Assembly: GCA_963727485.1 (NCBI GenBank)
Contig: CAVSGM010000011.1
Coordinates: 128,001-192,000 of the forward strand
Direction of reading: 5' to 3'
Source of the DNA: an uncultured delta proteobacterium
GTDB taxonomy: Bacteria > Myxococcota > Myxococcia > SLRQ01
DNA length: 64,000 nt
Each line of letters opens with the position of its first letter. Positions within the stretch are counted from its first letter, which is position 1. The notes beneath the pieces are model-generated. The model made no database searches. It saw nothing but the letters and a program-made list of their open reading frames with translations, and was not told the origin of the DNA. Below are positions 1 through 10,004 of this stretch, in pieces. The position numbers and the translations under genes were made by a program.

Positions 1-960
1 CTCGCCGAGGCCCTCGAGGCCTCGGGGGACGCCGCCGCCGCCGCCGAGACCCTGGCCCTGGCCGCCCGCCTCGACCCGGCCGCCGCCCCGCCGCTGACCG
101 TGGGCCGGGCCTTCGCCGCCGCCGGCGACGCGCCCGAGGCCGCGCGATGGTTCGTCCGGGGCGGGGGGGCCGCGCGCCCCGCCGCCGCCGCCGACAACCT
201 GGTGGCCCTCGCCGAGCTCCACGCCGCCGCCGGCCGCCCCGGCGAGGCCGAGGCCCGGCTCCGGGAGGCCCTCACCCGGGTCCCCGACCACGCCTGGGCC
301 CACGCGGACCTCGGGGCCCTCCTCGGGGCCAAGGGGGACCTCGGGGGCATGGTGAAGGCGCTGGAGGCGGGCCTCGGCGGCCTCCCACCCGACGATCGGG
401 ACCGCCTGGTCGACGCCGCCTCCGACCGCCTCCTCGCCGCCGGGGACGTCGGGGGCCTCCTCGCCGTCGCCGCCGCCGCCACCGCCGACGGCCACTCGTC
501 CCCGGTCACCGCCGGCGCCTACGCGGTGGGGGTCCTGCGCACCCGGGGCGGGGACCTCCGCAGGGCCCTGGTGCTCCTGCGCCCCCACCTCGGCGCCGAC
601 CTCCCCGGCGAGATCGCCGGGCCCCTCAAGAGCCTCTTCGCCGACGTCGCCTGCCGGCTGGCCGACGCCGCCCCGGACCCCGAGGCCCGGGCGGTGCTCC
701 ACCGGGCGGTGGAGGTCGCCCCGGACCACGGCGACGCGCGGCTGCGCCTGGGGCGCCTGCTTTTGGCCGCCGGCCGGAGCGGCGAGGCGCTCACGGTGCT
801 CCAGCCGGCCCCGGGTCTCCCCGGCGGCGGTGAGCGCGCCTGGGCCGAGCTCGCCCGGGCCCACCTCGCCGAGGGGCGCGAGGACCTCGCCGCCGTCGCC
901 GCCGAGCGCGCCGGCAAGGCCGCCAAGGCCTACCCGGAGCTCCGGCGCCTCGGCCGGTGA
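1..960 (+). CDS. TPR-repeat protein (5' truncated by window edge)
   Basis: Frame of ORF 100..960 stays open to base 1; repeated TPR-like helices (AEARLREALTRVPDHAWAHADLGALL; RAVEVAPDHGDARLRLGRLL). Confidence 0.8.
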   Translation, partial: LAEALEASGDAAAAAETLALAARLDPAAAPPLTVGRAFAAAGDAPEAARWFVRGGGAARPAAAADNLVALAELHAAAGRPGEAEARLREALTRVPDHAWAHADLGALLGAKGDLGGMVKALEAGLGGLPPDDRDRLVDAASDRLLAAGDVGGLLAVAAAATADGHSSPVTAGAYAVGVLRTRGGDLRRALVLLRPHLGADLPGEIAGPLKSLFADVACRLADAAPDPEARAVLHRAVEVAPDHGDARLRLGRLLLAAGRSGEALTVLQPAPGLPGGGERAWAELARAHLAEGREDLAAVAAERAGKAAKAYPELRRLGR

Positions 961-984
961 CCGCGGGTCGCCGCCCGCGGTGTC

Positions 985-2041
985 CTACCGGATGAGCGCC
1001 TCGGCCCCGCGCTCCATGGCGCCGATGCGCCCGCCGACGCCGGTGGCCTCGACCACCTGCTCCCAGATGGGCGCCGCCAGGGCCCGGGCCTTCGCCGCCC
1101 CGGCGTTCAGGATCTCCGCCACCGCCTCGGGGTCCGCCTCGAGCTCGGCGCGTCTTGCCCGCGCCGGCCCGAAGACCTCGAGGTACCGCTCGAAGAGGCG
1201 CTTCTTGTAGCTCCCGTACCCGACGCCCCCCTCGGCCCAGGTCCGCTTGTGCTCGGCGGCCTCGTCGGCCTCGCAGAGGAGCACCAAAAGCGCCAGCAGC
1301 GGCGAGCCGGCGGGCTTGGGCGCCTCCACCGGGGTGGAGTCGGTCTTCATGCCCATGATCCGCTTGCGCAGGGGCTTCTCGGCCTCGAAGAGGGGCAGGG
1401 TGTTGTCGTAGCTCTTGGACATCTTCTGCCCGTCGAGGCCCGGCACCACCGCGGCCTGCTCCAGGATCAGCGACTCGGGGAGCTTGAGGATCCCGGGAAC
1501 CCCGTTGCCCTTGCCCTCGGCGTCGGCGGGATTCCCACCCGGGGACGAAGGCGAGGTTGAACTTGGCGGCGATGTCCCGGGCGTACTCCAGGTGCTGCTT
1601 CTGGTCCTGGCCCACGGGCACCGCGTCGGAGCCGTAGAGCAGGATGTCCGCGGCCATGAGCACCGGGTAGAAGAGGAGCCCCGAGTTGGGGGCGATGCCC
1701 TTGGCGAGCTTGTCCTTGTAGCTGTGCCCGCGCTCCAGGAGGCCCACCGGGGTCACCGTGGAGAGGATCCAGGCGAGCATGGGGATCTCGGGGACGTCGC
1801 TCTGGCGGAAGAGGATCGCCCGCTCGGGATCGAGGCCGAGCGCCAGGTAGTCCAGCGCCACGTCCAGGGACGCCTGGCGCAGGCGCGCCGGGTCCCGGAC
1901 GGTGGTCAGGGCGTGGAGGTCGGCGATGAAGTACAGGGCCTCGTCCGCCTCGTCCTGGTACTGCACGAACTGGCGGAGGGCCCCGAGGTAGTTGCCCAGG
2001 TGGAGCTTCCCGGAGGACTGGACGCCCGAGAGGATTCGCAT
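985..2041 (-). CDS. trpS: Tryptophanyl-tRNA synthetase (one apparent frameshift near 1540)
   Basis: MRILSGVQSSGKLHLGNY (HIGH-like), YPVLMAADILLY, VPVGQDQKQHLE in one frame; KMSKS motif and C-terminus in ORF 985..1449. Confidence 0.95.
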
Positions 2042-2124
2042 GGCGGGGGAGGTACCATCCGGCGCCGGGGGCGGCAACTCCGGGGGCAGCGGGACGCGCC
2101 GGCGCGGCGGCCCTCCCGGCGCGG

Positions 2125-3375
2125 CTAGAGCAGCAGCAGGCTCGCGTCCTCGACCACCTGGAGGCAGAAGAGCGCGTAGAGCAGCGCCCAGGTGTCGCGC
2201 CGGTCGAGCCAGCCCTCGGCGGAGAGGTCGGCGACGGTGCGGGTGCCGTCGAGGCGCGCCACCACCTGGGCCTGGGGGCCGGTCAGGGGCAGGTCGTAGA
2301 GCTCGTAGGCGGGGGCCGGCGCCGGGGCGAGGCGCAGGTGGCCGGGGAGGAGGTCCCGGAGCACCGGCAGGGTCAGGGTGTGGACCCCCTCGAGGACCAG
2401 GTCGGTGGGGAAGATGTCGAGGCGCACCGGCTCGGCCTCGGCCTGGCGCTGGAAGGTCATCCGCCAGGTGCCCTCGCGCCAGGGAAAGAGGCTGAAGAGG
2501 ATGCCCTTGACCTGCCGGGTCACCAGGGCCCGGTGCCGCGCCCGGGAGAGGAGCCCGCGCCCGAGGAGCACCCGGTCGATGCGCTCCCCCCGCTCGCTGG
2601 CCTCCTCGGCGGCGGCGCGGATGGCCGCCTCGTCGAGGGCGCCCTGGCGCAGGAGCAGCTCGTCGAAGCGGTCCCGGCGCAGGTTGCTGGCGCCGAAGGC
2701 CGGGAGCCCCTCGTGGAAGTAGATGACCTTGCGCACCTTGCCGCGCTGGAGGTGGAGCTCGCCGGTCTCCCGGCTCACGTGGAAGGCGTTGAGCAGCCGC
2801 GGCACCGAGTGCTCGGCGAGGCTCCCGGAGGGGCCCGGGCTCGCCTTCGGGGGCTCGACCTCGGGGGCCTTCTCGGCCTGGGCGCGCAGGGCCGCCTCGA
2901 GGCCCGCCTCCGGGGGATCGAAGACGTAGTCCTGGGGCGTGCCCTCGACGGGGACCGCCTCCAGGCGCACCACCTGGTCGGGGTCGTAGGCCGGGGCCGG
3001 CGCCGGGGTGGCGTCGGGGATCAGCGCCTGGAGGCGTGCGAGGACCTCGGGGAGGTGGAAGGGCTTGTCGAAGAAGGCGTCGAGGAGGCCCCGGGACAGG
3101 GCGTCGCGCACCGAGGGGTCCTGGCGGAACACCCCGGAGATGCCCACCACCGCCGGGCGGGTGGGGAGGCGGCCGGCGGCCTCGGCGACGGCGAAGCCCA
3201 GGCCGTCGGGGAGGAGCAGGTCGAGGAGGATGCCGCCGGGGGCCGCGGCGGTGAGGGCGGCGAGGGCCTCGTCCACCCGGCGCGCCACCCGGACCTCGTA
3301 GCCGGCGTCCTCGAGGGCGGCGGCGAGGAGGCGGCCGAGCTCGGCCTGGTCCTCGACGATGAGCAGAGTGGGCAC
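2125..3375 (-). CDS. Response regulator receiver fused to DUF4388-like domain
   Basis: N-terminal LLIVED...LLDLLLPDG...FDKPF receiver; C-terminal GSLAEHSVPRLL...ETGELHL...LFPWREG pattern typical of myxobacterial DUF4388 proteins. Confidence 0.85.
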   Translation of the reverse strand: MPTLLIVEDQAELGRLLAAALEDAGYEVRVARRVDEALAALTAAAPGGILLDLLLPDGLGFAVAEAAGRLPTRPAVVGISGVFRQDPSVRDALSRGLLDAFFDKPFHLPEVLARLQALIPDATPAPAPAYDPDQVVRLEAVPVEGTPQDYVFDPPEAGLEAALRAQAEKAPEVEPPKASPGPSGSLAEHSVPRLLNAFHVSRETGELHLQRGKVRKVIYFHEGLPAFGASNLRRDRFDELLLRQGALDEAAIRAAAEEASERGERIDRVLLGRGLLSRARHRALVTRQVKGILFSLFPWREGTWRMTFQRQAEAEPVRLDIFPTDLVLEGVHTLTLPVLRDLLPGHLRLAPAPAPAYELYDLPLTGPQAQVVARLDGTRTVADLSAEGWLDRRDTWALLYALFCLQVVEDASLLLL

Positions 3376-3450
3376 CGCCAAAGGATACGGGAGGCCCCGC
3401 GGCGACGACAGCGCTTTGGCCGGCGGCGGCGACCGGGCTACCGTGGGGCC

Positions 3451-4310
3451 GTGCCCAAGGAACCCGCCCAGGTCACCGGCGTCCCCGACCCCCGCCGCGC
3501 CATCGAGCGCACCCCCACGGTGACCTGCGTGGTGCACCGCACCATGGACGGTGCCCCCGGGGCGGCGGCGGACGATCGCCTGGCCGTGGAGGCGCCCCTG
3601 GAGATCCGCCTCGACGACGCCCCGGTGGCGGTGGTCATGCGCACCCCCGGCGCCGACTTCGAGCTCGCCGCGGGGTTCCTCTTCTCCGAGGGGCTCGTCG
3701 CCTCGGCGGCCGACGTCGCCGGCATCGCCTGGTGCCGCGAGCCCGGCCAGACGGGCCCCACCAACGTGGTCTCGATGGCGACCCCGGACCGCCGGGGCCC
3801 GCGGGTGGTCGGCGATCGGCGCCGGGTGGTGACCACCACCAGCGCCTGCGGCCTCTGTGGCCGGGTGACCCTCGACGAGGTCCACCGGCGCCTGGCGCCG
3901 CTCGCGCCGCCGCCACCGCTCACCCTCGCCGACCTCGAGGCCGCCCAGGCGGCGCTCCGGGACGCCCAGCCCCGCTTCGCCGACACCGGGAGCGTCCACG
4001 GCGCCGCGCTCCTCGCCGGCGACGGAGCCCGGGTCGCCTGCTTCGAGGACATAGGCCGGCACAACGCCGTGGACAAGTGCGTGGGGCGGATGCTCCTCGG
4101 GGAGCGCCTGCCGCTGGCCGGCCACCTGCTGGTGGTCAGCGGCCGGGTGAGCTTCGAGATCGTCCAGAAGGCGGCGGTGGCCGGCATCCCGGCGGTGTGC
4201 GCCGTGGGCGGGGCCACCAGCCTGGCGGTGGACCTCGCCCGGGAGGCCGGGATGCTCCTCGCCGGGTTCGTGCGCGACGGCCGGGCGACGGTGTACGCCG
4301 GGGTGCTGGC

Positions 4311-4314
<4 letters not shown>
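3451..4314 (+). CDS. fdhD: Formate dehydrogenase accessory sulfurtransferase FdhD
   Basis: [52 protein letters not shown] motifs. Confidence 0.95.
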
Positions 4315-4938
<624 letters not shown>

Positions 4939-4964
4939 GGCCCACCTATAGCCCGGGCGCGGGC

Positions 4965-4998
4965 AAAAAAAAGCCCCGCAAGCCGAAGCTTGCGGGGC
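4965..4998 (-). terminator. Rho-independent terminator, ncRNA copy 1
   Basis: Minus strand GCCCCGCAAGC-UUCG-GCUUGCGGGGC followed by U8. Confidence 0.9.
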
Positions 4999-5334
4999 CT
5001 GGGGGACCTGGCCAGGCCGGGGGAGTACCGACCAGATCCACATCGGAGAGGGACCCCACGGTTGCCCGTGGGGCTCGTCCACGCCTCGACCGGGGGGGGA
5101 ACGAGGCGGACGAAAAGGTGGCGCAGCCTGGAGAGAAGGGCGACCCGGGCCGGGTGCCGGGGGGAGGTTCACCGGCCCGGGTCATCCCAAAGACGCTGAC
5201 TCGGCCGGTCGTGCTTGGACCGACGCGAATCCGTACGACCTGGGAAGAGCCGGCACGCACCGCTGTGCGTGCGAAGGGGGGGACCGACGTGCCGGATACC
5301 CAGGTAACTGCGCCATTTCGTATTCGGTTTTCGC
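4965..5334 (-). ncRNA. Putative ~370-nt structured sRNA with C-rich loops (copy 1; Pxr-like character)
   Basis: Lies between a sigma-54-like promoter and a terminator; nested helices (UGGCGCAG/CUGCGCCA, CCGGCACG/CGUGCCGG, GACCCGGGCCGG/CCGGCCCGGGUC); five UCCCCC motifs; close paralog at 5634-6006. 5' end inferred from promoter spacing. Confidence 0.75.
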
Positions 5335-5344
5335 AAGGAGAGAA

Positions 5345-5361
5345 TACAAGCGCGGTGCCAA
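5345..5361 (-). promoter_or_regulatory. Sigma-54 (-24/-12)-like promoter, copy 1
   Basis: TTGGCACCGCGCTTGTA versus consensus TGGCACG-N4-TTGC; spacing correct, -12 element TTGT; conserved in copy 2. Confidence 0.7.
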
Positions 5362-5633
5362 CTCGAGCCTCCGCCCGGCAGCGCGCCAATGGCCAGTCTT
5401 TTCAGGGCCTTGCGGCCCAGGCCGGGAGATGCCCCGGGGGCGGATCCGAATGCAGATCTGCAGTCTGGCCACGGATCCGTTGCGAGGCGGAAAAGCCATC
5501 GTCATTCCAGGTGCTTGCGTCGAATTCCGGCGCTCCGCTCCCGCTGGAATCGTTCCAGTATGGCAAAAAACCGAGCCTTGACGCGGACTTGGGGATGGCT
5601 TGCACCGCTGAAAGTTCCCGGGCGGGCGCGGAC

Positions 5634-5667
5634 AAAAAAAAGCCCCGCAAGCCGAAGCTTGCGGGGC
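5634..5667 (-). terminator. Rho-independent terminator, ncRNA copy 2
   Basis: Same hairpin and U8 tract as copy 1. Confidence 0.9.
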
Positions 5668-6006
5668 CTGGGGGACCTGGCCAGGCCGGGGGAGTACCGA
5701 CCAAGTCCACACCATCGAGGCGCCCCACAGTGACCCGTGGGGCTCGTCCGCTCCTCGACCGGGGGGGAGACCGAGGGGGACGAATGGGGGGCGCAGCGTG
5801 AGAAAGGAGGGAGACCCGGACCGGGTGCCGGGGGGAGGTTCACCGGTCCGGGTCATCCCAGGTACAGCGGCTCGGCCGGTCGTACTTGGACCGACGCGAA
5901 ACCGTAATGCCTGGGAAAATCCGGCACGCACCGCTGTTGATGTGCGAGGGGGGGACCGGCGTGCCGGGAACCCAGACAACTGCGCCATTTCGTATTCGGT
6001 TTTCGC
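5634..6006 (-). ncRNA. Putative ~370-nt structured sRNA with C-rich loops (copy 2)
   Basis: Paralog of copy 1 offset by about 670 bp; helices retained, including a G-C to A-U compensatory change. Confidence 0.75.
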
Positions 6007-6016
6007 GAGGAGAGAA

Positions 6017-6033
6017 TACAAGGGCGATGCCAA
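6017..6033 (-). promoter_or_regulatory. Sigma-54 (-24/-12)-like promoter, copy 2
   Basis: TTGGCATCGCCCTTGTA. Confidence 0.7.
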
Positions 6034-6340
6034 CTTGGGTCGGCCCGGAAGCAAGACCCCAATATCCAATTCTTTCAGGCGCTTGTGGTCGTGTCCGGAG
6101 GATGCCCCAGGGGCTGATCTGGATGCACATGTGCAGTCTGGCCCCGAGAGGTTTTCCAATACGAAAAAACGTAGTTATCAAGGGGCATTGAGTGTCATTC
6201 AGCGATTCCACTCCCAGCGGAATTGCTGCAGTGTGGCGAAAAACCCTGTCCTGATGCGTCTCTGGTGGGCCCTTGCACCCATGCAAGGTCCCTTCAGATC
6301 TGCAAGGCTTCCCGGGGCCCGTGGGGGCCCGCCCGCTGCC

Positions 6341-6961
6341 TCAGGCGCCGGCCCGCTCGTAGACCAGCCGGTAGACCGGCGTCCCCGTGGCCAGGTACCG
6401 CCGCTCCCGGTTCGAGGGGACCCCCAGGCCGTCGTCGGCGGTGAAGGTCCCGGGCCCCGACCGGTTCTCGAAGGGGGCCGCCCCGTCCTCGAAGGCCTCA
6501 ATCATGGCCCGGGCGTAGTCGAGGATGTCCGTGCGCAGGTAGACCCGGCCTCCGGGCCGGAGGAGCACGCCCATCATCCGCACCATCGGTGGGTCCACCA
6601 GCCGCCGCTTGTGGTGGCGCTTCTTCCACCAGGGGTCCGGGAACTGCACGTGGAAGGCGTCCACCGACCCCGGGGTGAAGAGGGTGGGCAGCAGGCGCCT
6701 CGCGTCCCCGCGCATGGCCAACACGTTCCCCAGCGCCCGGCGCTCGGCCTTCCGCACCGCCCCGGCGGCGAGCTTCGCCCGGAACTCCAGGCCCACCAGG
6801 TCGACCTCGGGGTGGGCGGCGGCGTAGTCCAGGAGGAAGTGGCCGTAGCCGAAGCCAATCTCCACCTGGAGGGGGGCGACCCGGCCGAAGCGCGCGGCCC
6901 AGTCCTCCCGGAGGTCGACGGCCAGGGGGCCGGTGGCGAAGGGGTCGTGGCGCTGGGGCAT
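6341..6961 (-). CDS. trmB: tRNA (guanine-N7)-methyltransferase
   Basis: VEIGFGYG SAM motif, FPDPWWKKRHHKRRL, LRTD. Confidence 0.93.
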   Translation of the reverse strand: MPQRHDPFATGPLAVDLREDWAARFGRVAPLQVEIGFGYGHFLLDYAAAHPEVDLVGLEFRAKLAAGAVRKAERRALGNVLAMRGDARRLLPTLFTPGSVDAFHVQFPDPWWKKRHHKRRLVDPPMVRMMGVLLRPGGRVYLRTDILDYARAMIEAFEDGAAPFENRSGPGTFTADDGLGVPSNRERRYLATGTPVYRLVYERAGA

Positions 6962-7119
6962 GGGGCGGTCGGCGGATGGCGCGCGGGGGCGGGGCGGCGG
7001 ATGATAGCGGGGCCCCCGGGAAATGTCCCGGGGACCGGTCGCGTACCGCCGCAGGTCGCCCGGTCAGATCGCCCGCCGGGGGTGCGTCCGCCGGCCACAT
7101 GCGCCATCTTGAGACTGAA

Positions 7120-7149
7120 TTGACACTCGGCGTCGCGCGTTGCTACCAC
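7120..7149 (+). promoter_or_regulatory. Sigma-70-like promoter upstream of the pspA-like gene
   Basis: TTGACA-N18-TACCAC with TGn extended -10. Confidence 0.5.
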
Positions 7150-7203
7150 GAACCACCGGTGGCGGCGGGGCGGGGCCCCACCCGGATCAGGGGATAATCG
7201 CCC

Positions 7204-7995
7204 ATGTGGCAGAGAATGAAGCGCGTCGTCCGCTCCTTCGCCAACTTCTTCATCTCGGTGGCCGAGGACCCGGAGCTCATCCTGGAGCAGAACATCCGGG
7301 ACATGAACGACGAGGTCCCCAAGATGAACGAGTCCATCGCCATGGTCCGGGCGAACGTGACCCTCCTGGAGAAGGAGCAGGCGCGCTACCAGACCGAGAT
7401 CAACGAGACCACCAGCAAGGTCAAGGCGGCGATCAAGGCCGACCGGGACGATCTCGCCGCCAGCTACGCCATCAACCTCGAGCACAACCAGAAGGCCCTG
7501 GCCCGGAGCCAGGGCCAGCTCGAGGCCGCCAAGAGCGCCTACGAGAAGGCGCTCCAGCTCAAGCGGGCGTTCATGCGCGAGAAGGAGCGCAAGACCCGCG
7601 ACGCCCTCGAGGCCATCCGCGCCCACAAGCGGGCCCAGTGGCAGGCCAAGGTCGCCAGCACCCTCGAGTCCTTCGAGATCGGCGGCCTCGACCAGGGCCA
7701 CGACGACATGATCCGCCGCATCGAGGAGAAGACGGCGGTGAACGAGGCCCGGATGGAGATGGCCCTCGACGGCCTCGACCGGGACCGGCTCCAGATCGAG
7801 GAGGACGCCGAGCGGATCCGCGCCGAGGAGGTGGTCCGCCAGCTCAAGCTGGAGATGGGCGACGACGGCACCGACGCCAGCCACCAGCTCGGCAGCGGCG
7901 AGGCCACGCGCCTCGCCAGCGTCAAGGCCGCCGACGAGGCGGCCGAGGACACCGAGGCGGCGGTTCCCGCCGAGCCCAAGGCCGAGGCCAAGTGA
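7204..7995 (+). CDS. PspA/IM30 family protein
   Basis: N-terminal amphipathic helix, AEDPELILEQNIRDM, long coiled coil, IRRIEEK..NEAR. Confidence 0.9.
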   Translation: MWQRMKRVVRSFANFFISVAEDPELILEQNIRDMNDEVPKMNESIAMVRANVTLLEKEQARYQTEINETTSKVKAAIKADRDDLAASYAINLEHNQKALARSQGQLEAAKSAYEKALQLKRAFMREKERKTRDALEAIRAHKRAQWQAKVASTLESFEIGGLDQGHDDMIRRIEEKTAVNEARMEMALDGLDRDRLQIEEDAERIRAEEVVRQLKLEMGDDGTDASHQLGSGEATRLASVKAADEAAEDTEAAVPAEPKAEAK

Positions 7996-8053
7996 TCCAC
8001 GGGAGGCGCGGGGTGGCCGTCGCCAGCGCGCGGCGCCCCCACGCGGCACACCG

Positions 8054-9091
8054 ATGACAGCACGCAAGGTCAGGCTGGGTCCCGGCGGCAAGGTCCTCAT
8101 GGTCCTCCTCGGGGTGGGCGTCATCCTCTGGGGCCTCGACGCGTACGGGTACCTCGACGGGGTCCGCAAGGCCCTCGGGTGGGAGCGGGGCCAGGCGGCG
8201 ACCGTGGTCCGCCGGGCGGTGACGCGCCCGGCCGCCCGGCCCCCCGAGGCCACCGCCCCCGCCTCCGACCCCGGTGCGACCCGTGCCGCCCCGCGCGCCG
8301 CCGCGACCGCCCCCGCCGCCGCGTCGCCCCCCGCCGACGACGCCTCGGCCCCGCTCCCGGCGCTCCCCGGGGCCACCCCCGCCGCCCTGAAGGACGGGGG
8401 CGACGCCCTCTGGGCGTCCACCGGCGGTCCGGCGCCCCAGTCCGAGCTCACCGCCCTGGTCCAGGGGCGCCTCGACCTGGCGCCCGTGGCCCTCCCGGAC
8501 CTGCTGCTCTTCGAGGACGCCGACAAGCTGGTCGTCGTCGGCGCGGTGCCGCCCCGGTCGCGGTACCTCTGCGCCGAGGCCGCCGACCCGGTGCAGGCGG
8601 TCCTCGGCGGCGCCTCCATCCACTTCGACCGGATCTCCGACGAGCTCCGGCTCGGCCTCCTCTTCGCCGCCCACGGGAAGGATCCCGCCGAGGCGGTCTC
8701 GGGCCAGGGGACGCCAGCGTTCACCAGCGCCACCCGGTCCCAGGGGGACGGCGACCACTGCGCGGACCTGGCGGCCCTCGGCGTCGACGGGCCCCGGGTG
8801 GTGGTGGCCCGGGCCACCGCGGTCCGCCTCCAGGGGCGCGCCTACCTCGCCGCGGTGAAGGCCCGGGGCGCCCTGACCCCGGCGGTGCGGGCCTGGCTCG
8901 GCGCCGACGCCCGCGACCCCTACGGCTACGCCCACCGGGCGGCGGCCCTCGCCCGGATCCACGCGACCCTCCAGTCCACGGTGGCGCCGGCGGTGCCGGC
9001 GGTGGCCCGGGACCTCCTCGCCGCCGACGCCCGGGGGGTGCTCCGGCTCTTCGCGCCCGCGAAGGCCGCGGCCCCGGGAGGCGCGCCGTGA
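8054..9091 (+). CDS. Membrane-anchored hypothetical protein (possibly degenerate solute-binding fold)
   Basis: N-terminal TM helix, Ala/Pro linker; co-oriented with pspA; stop overlaps the next start. Confidence 0.6.
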   Translation: MTARKVRLGPGGKVLMVLLGVGVILWGLDAYGYLDGVRKALGWERGQAATVVRRAVTRPAARPPEATAPASDPGATRAAPRAAATAPAAASPPADDASAPLPALPGATPAALKDGGDALWASTGGPAPQSELTALVQGRLDLAPVALPDLLLFEDADKLVVVGAVPPRSRYLCAEAADPVQAVLGGASIHFDRISDELRLGLLFAAHGKDPAEAVSGQGTPAFTSATRSQGDGDHCADLAALGVDGPRVVVARATAVRLQGRAYLAAVKARGALTPAVRAWLGADARDPYGYAHRAAALARIHATLQSTVAPAVPAVARDLLAADARGVLRLFAPAKAAAPGGAP

Positions 9092-9993
9092 GCGAGGAGC
9101 AGCCCACCGGCGACCGCCGGGACGAGGCCCTGGTCCCCGTGGAACAGGGCGGCGGCGCCCTGGCCCCACGGGAGAACGGCGGCCCCCCCGCCCGGCGCGC
9201 CCGGGTGAACTACACCAAGGAGGCGTTCCTCTCCCGGTTCAACCTGGCGCTGGTCGCCGGGGCCGTGGGCCTCTCGCTGGTGACCCTCTCGCCGCTCCCG
9301 CTGATCCTCGCCGCCGGGGGCGAGCTGGTCTACCTGGGCACCATCCCGGGGATGCGCCGCTACCAGCGCCTGGTCGACTCGCGCTTCCACGCCCTGCGCC
9401 GCCTCGAGGGCCGGCGCGCCGAGGCGCAGATCTATCGGCGCCTCTCGCCGAACCAGCAGACCACCGTCGACGCCCTCCGGGGCCTCCGGGACAAGGTCCA
9501 CGAGAACTACCAGCGCCTCGGGGGCGGGCGCGTGGTGACCGACGCCTCGCTGGGCAAGCTCGACCAGCTCCTGGTGAGCTTCGTCCGCCTCCTCGACCAG
9601 CTCAACGCCTACCGTCGCTACCTCGGCGCCACCGACCAGGGGCGCATCCAGCGCGAGCTGGCCACCTTGGAGACCGAGCTCTCCGTGGAGAAGCGCGAGC
9701 GCCTCGCCGACATCAAGCGCCGGCGCCTCGACATCCTCCACCGGCGCCTCGATCGCTTCGAGCGCGGAGAGGAGAACCGCGAGATCATCGCCCACCAGCT
9801 CGCGGCCATCGAGGACCTGATGCGGCTGATCCACGAGCAGTCCCTGACCCTGCGCGACCCCCAGGACATCTCCCGGCAGCTCGAGGCCCTGACCTCCGAG
9901 GTCGAGGAGACCGAGGGGACGGTGCGCGAGATGGAGAGCTTCCTCCAGCTCCAGGACGAGCTGGAGCGGACCCTGGCCGGCGAGAGCCCGTGA
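9088..9993 (+). CDS. Membrane-anchored coiled-coil hypothetical protein
   Basis: GTG overlaps upstream stop; two TM segments then a charged heptad-rich region; GC3-biased codons. Confidence 0.75.
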   Translation: MSEEQPTGDRRDEALVPVEQGGGALAPRENGGPPARRARVNYTKEAFLSRFNLALVAGAVGLSLVTLSPLPLILAAGGELVYLGTIPGMRRYQRLVDSRFHALRRLEGRRAEAQIYRRLSPNQQTTVDALRGLRDKVHENYQRLGGGRVVTDASLGKLDQLLVSFVRLLDQLNAYRRYLGATDQGRIQRELATLETELSVEKRERLADIKRRRLDILHRRLDRFERGEENREIIAHQLAAIEDLMRLIHEQSLTLRDPQDISRQLEALTSEVEETEGTVREMESFLQLQDELERTLAGESP

Positions 9994-10004
9994 GCGGGGG
10001 GGCG

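Noticed and set aside
985..2041. trpS and top6A/top6B as true pseudogenes or programmed frameshifts
   Set aside because: Indels are scattered through unrelated genes and catalytic motifs are intact; sequencing error is more parsimonious.
4965..6006. RNase P RNA, tmRNA, SRP, 6S or tRNA identity for the duplicated RNA
   Set aside because: I could not find hallmark motifs (RNase P GAGGAAAGUCC, tRNA-like T-arm with CCA end, SRP GGAA/AGCAG loop) on either strand.
4946..6286. Protein-coding ORFs over the duplicated RNA units (e.g. 5182..6159, 5118..5801, MAQL... peptides)
   Set aside because: Reading frames are not preserved between the copies, there is no RBS or GC3 bias, and conservation follows base pairing.
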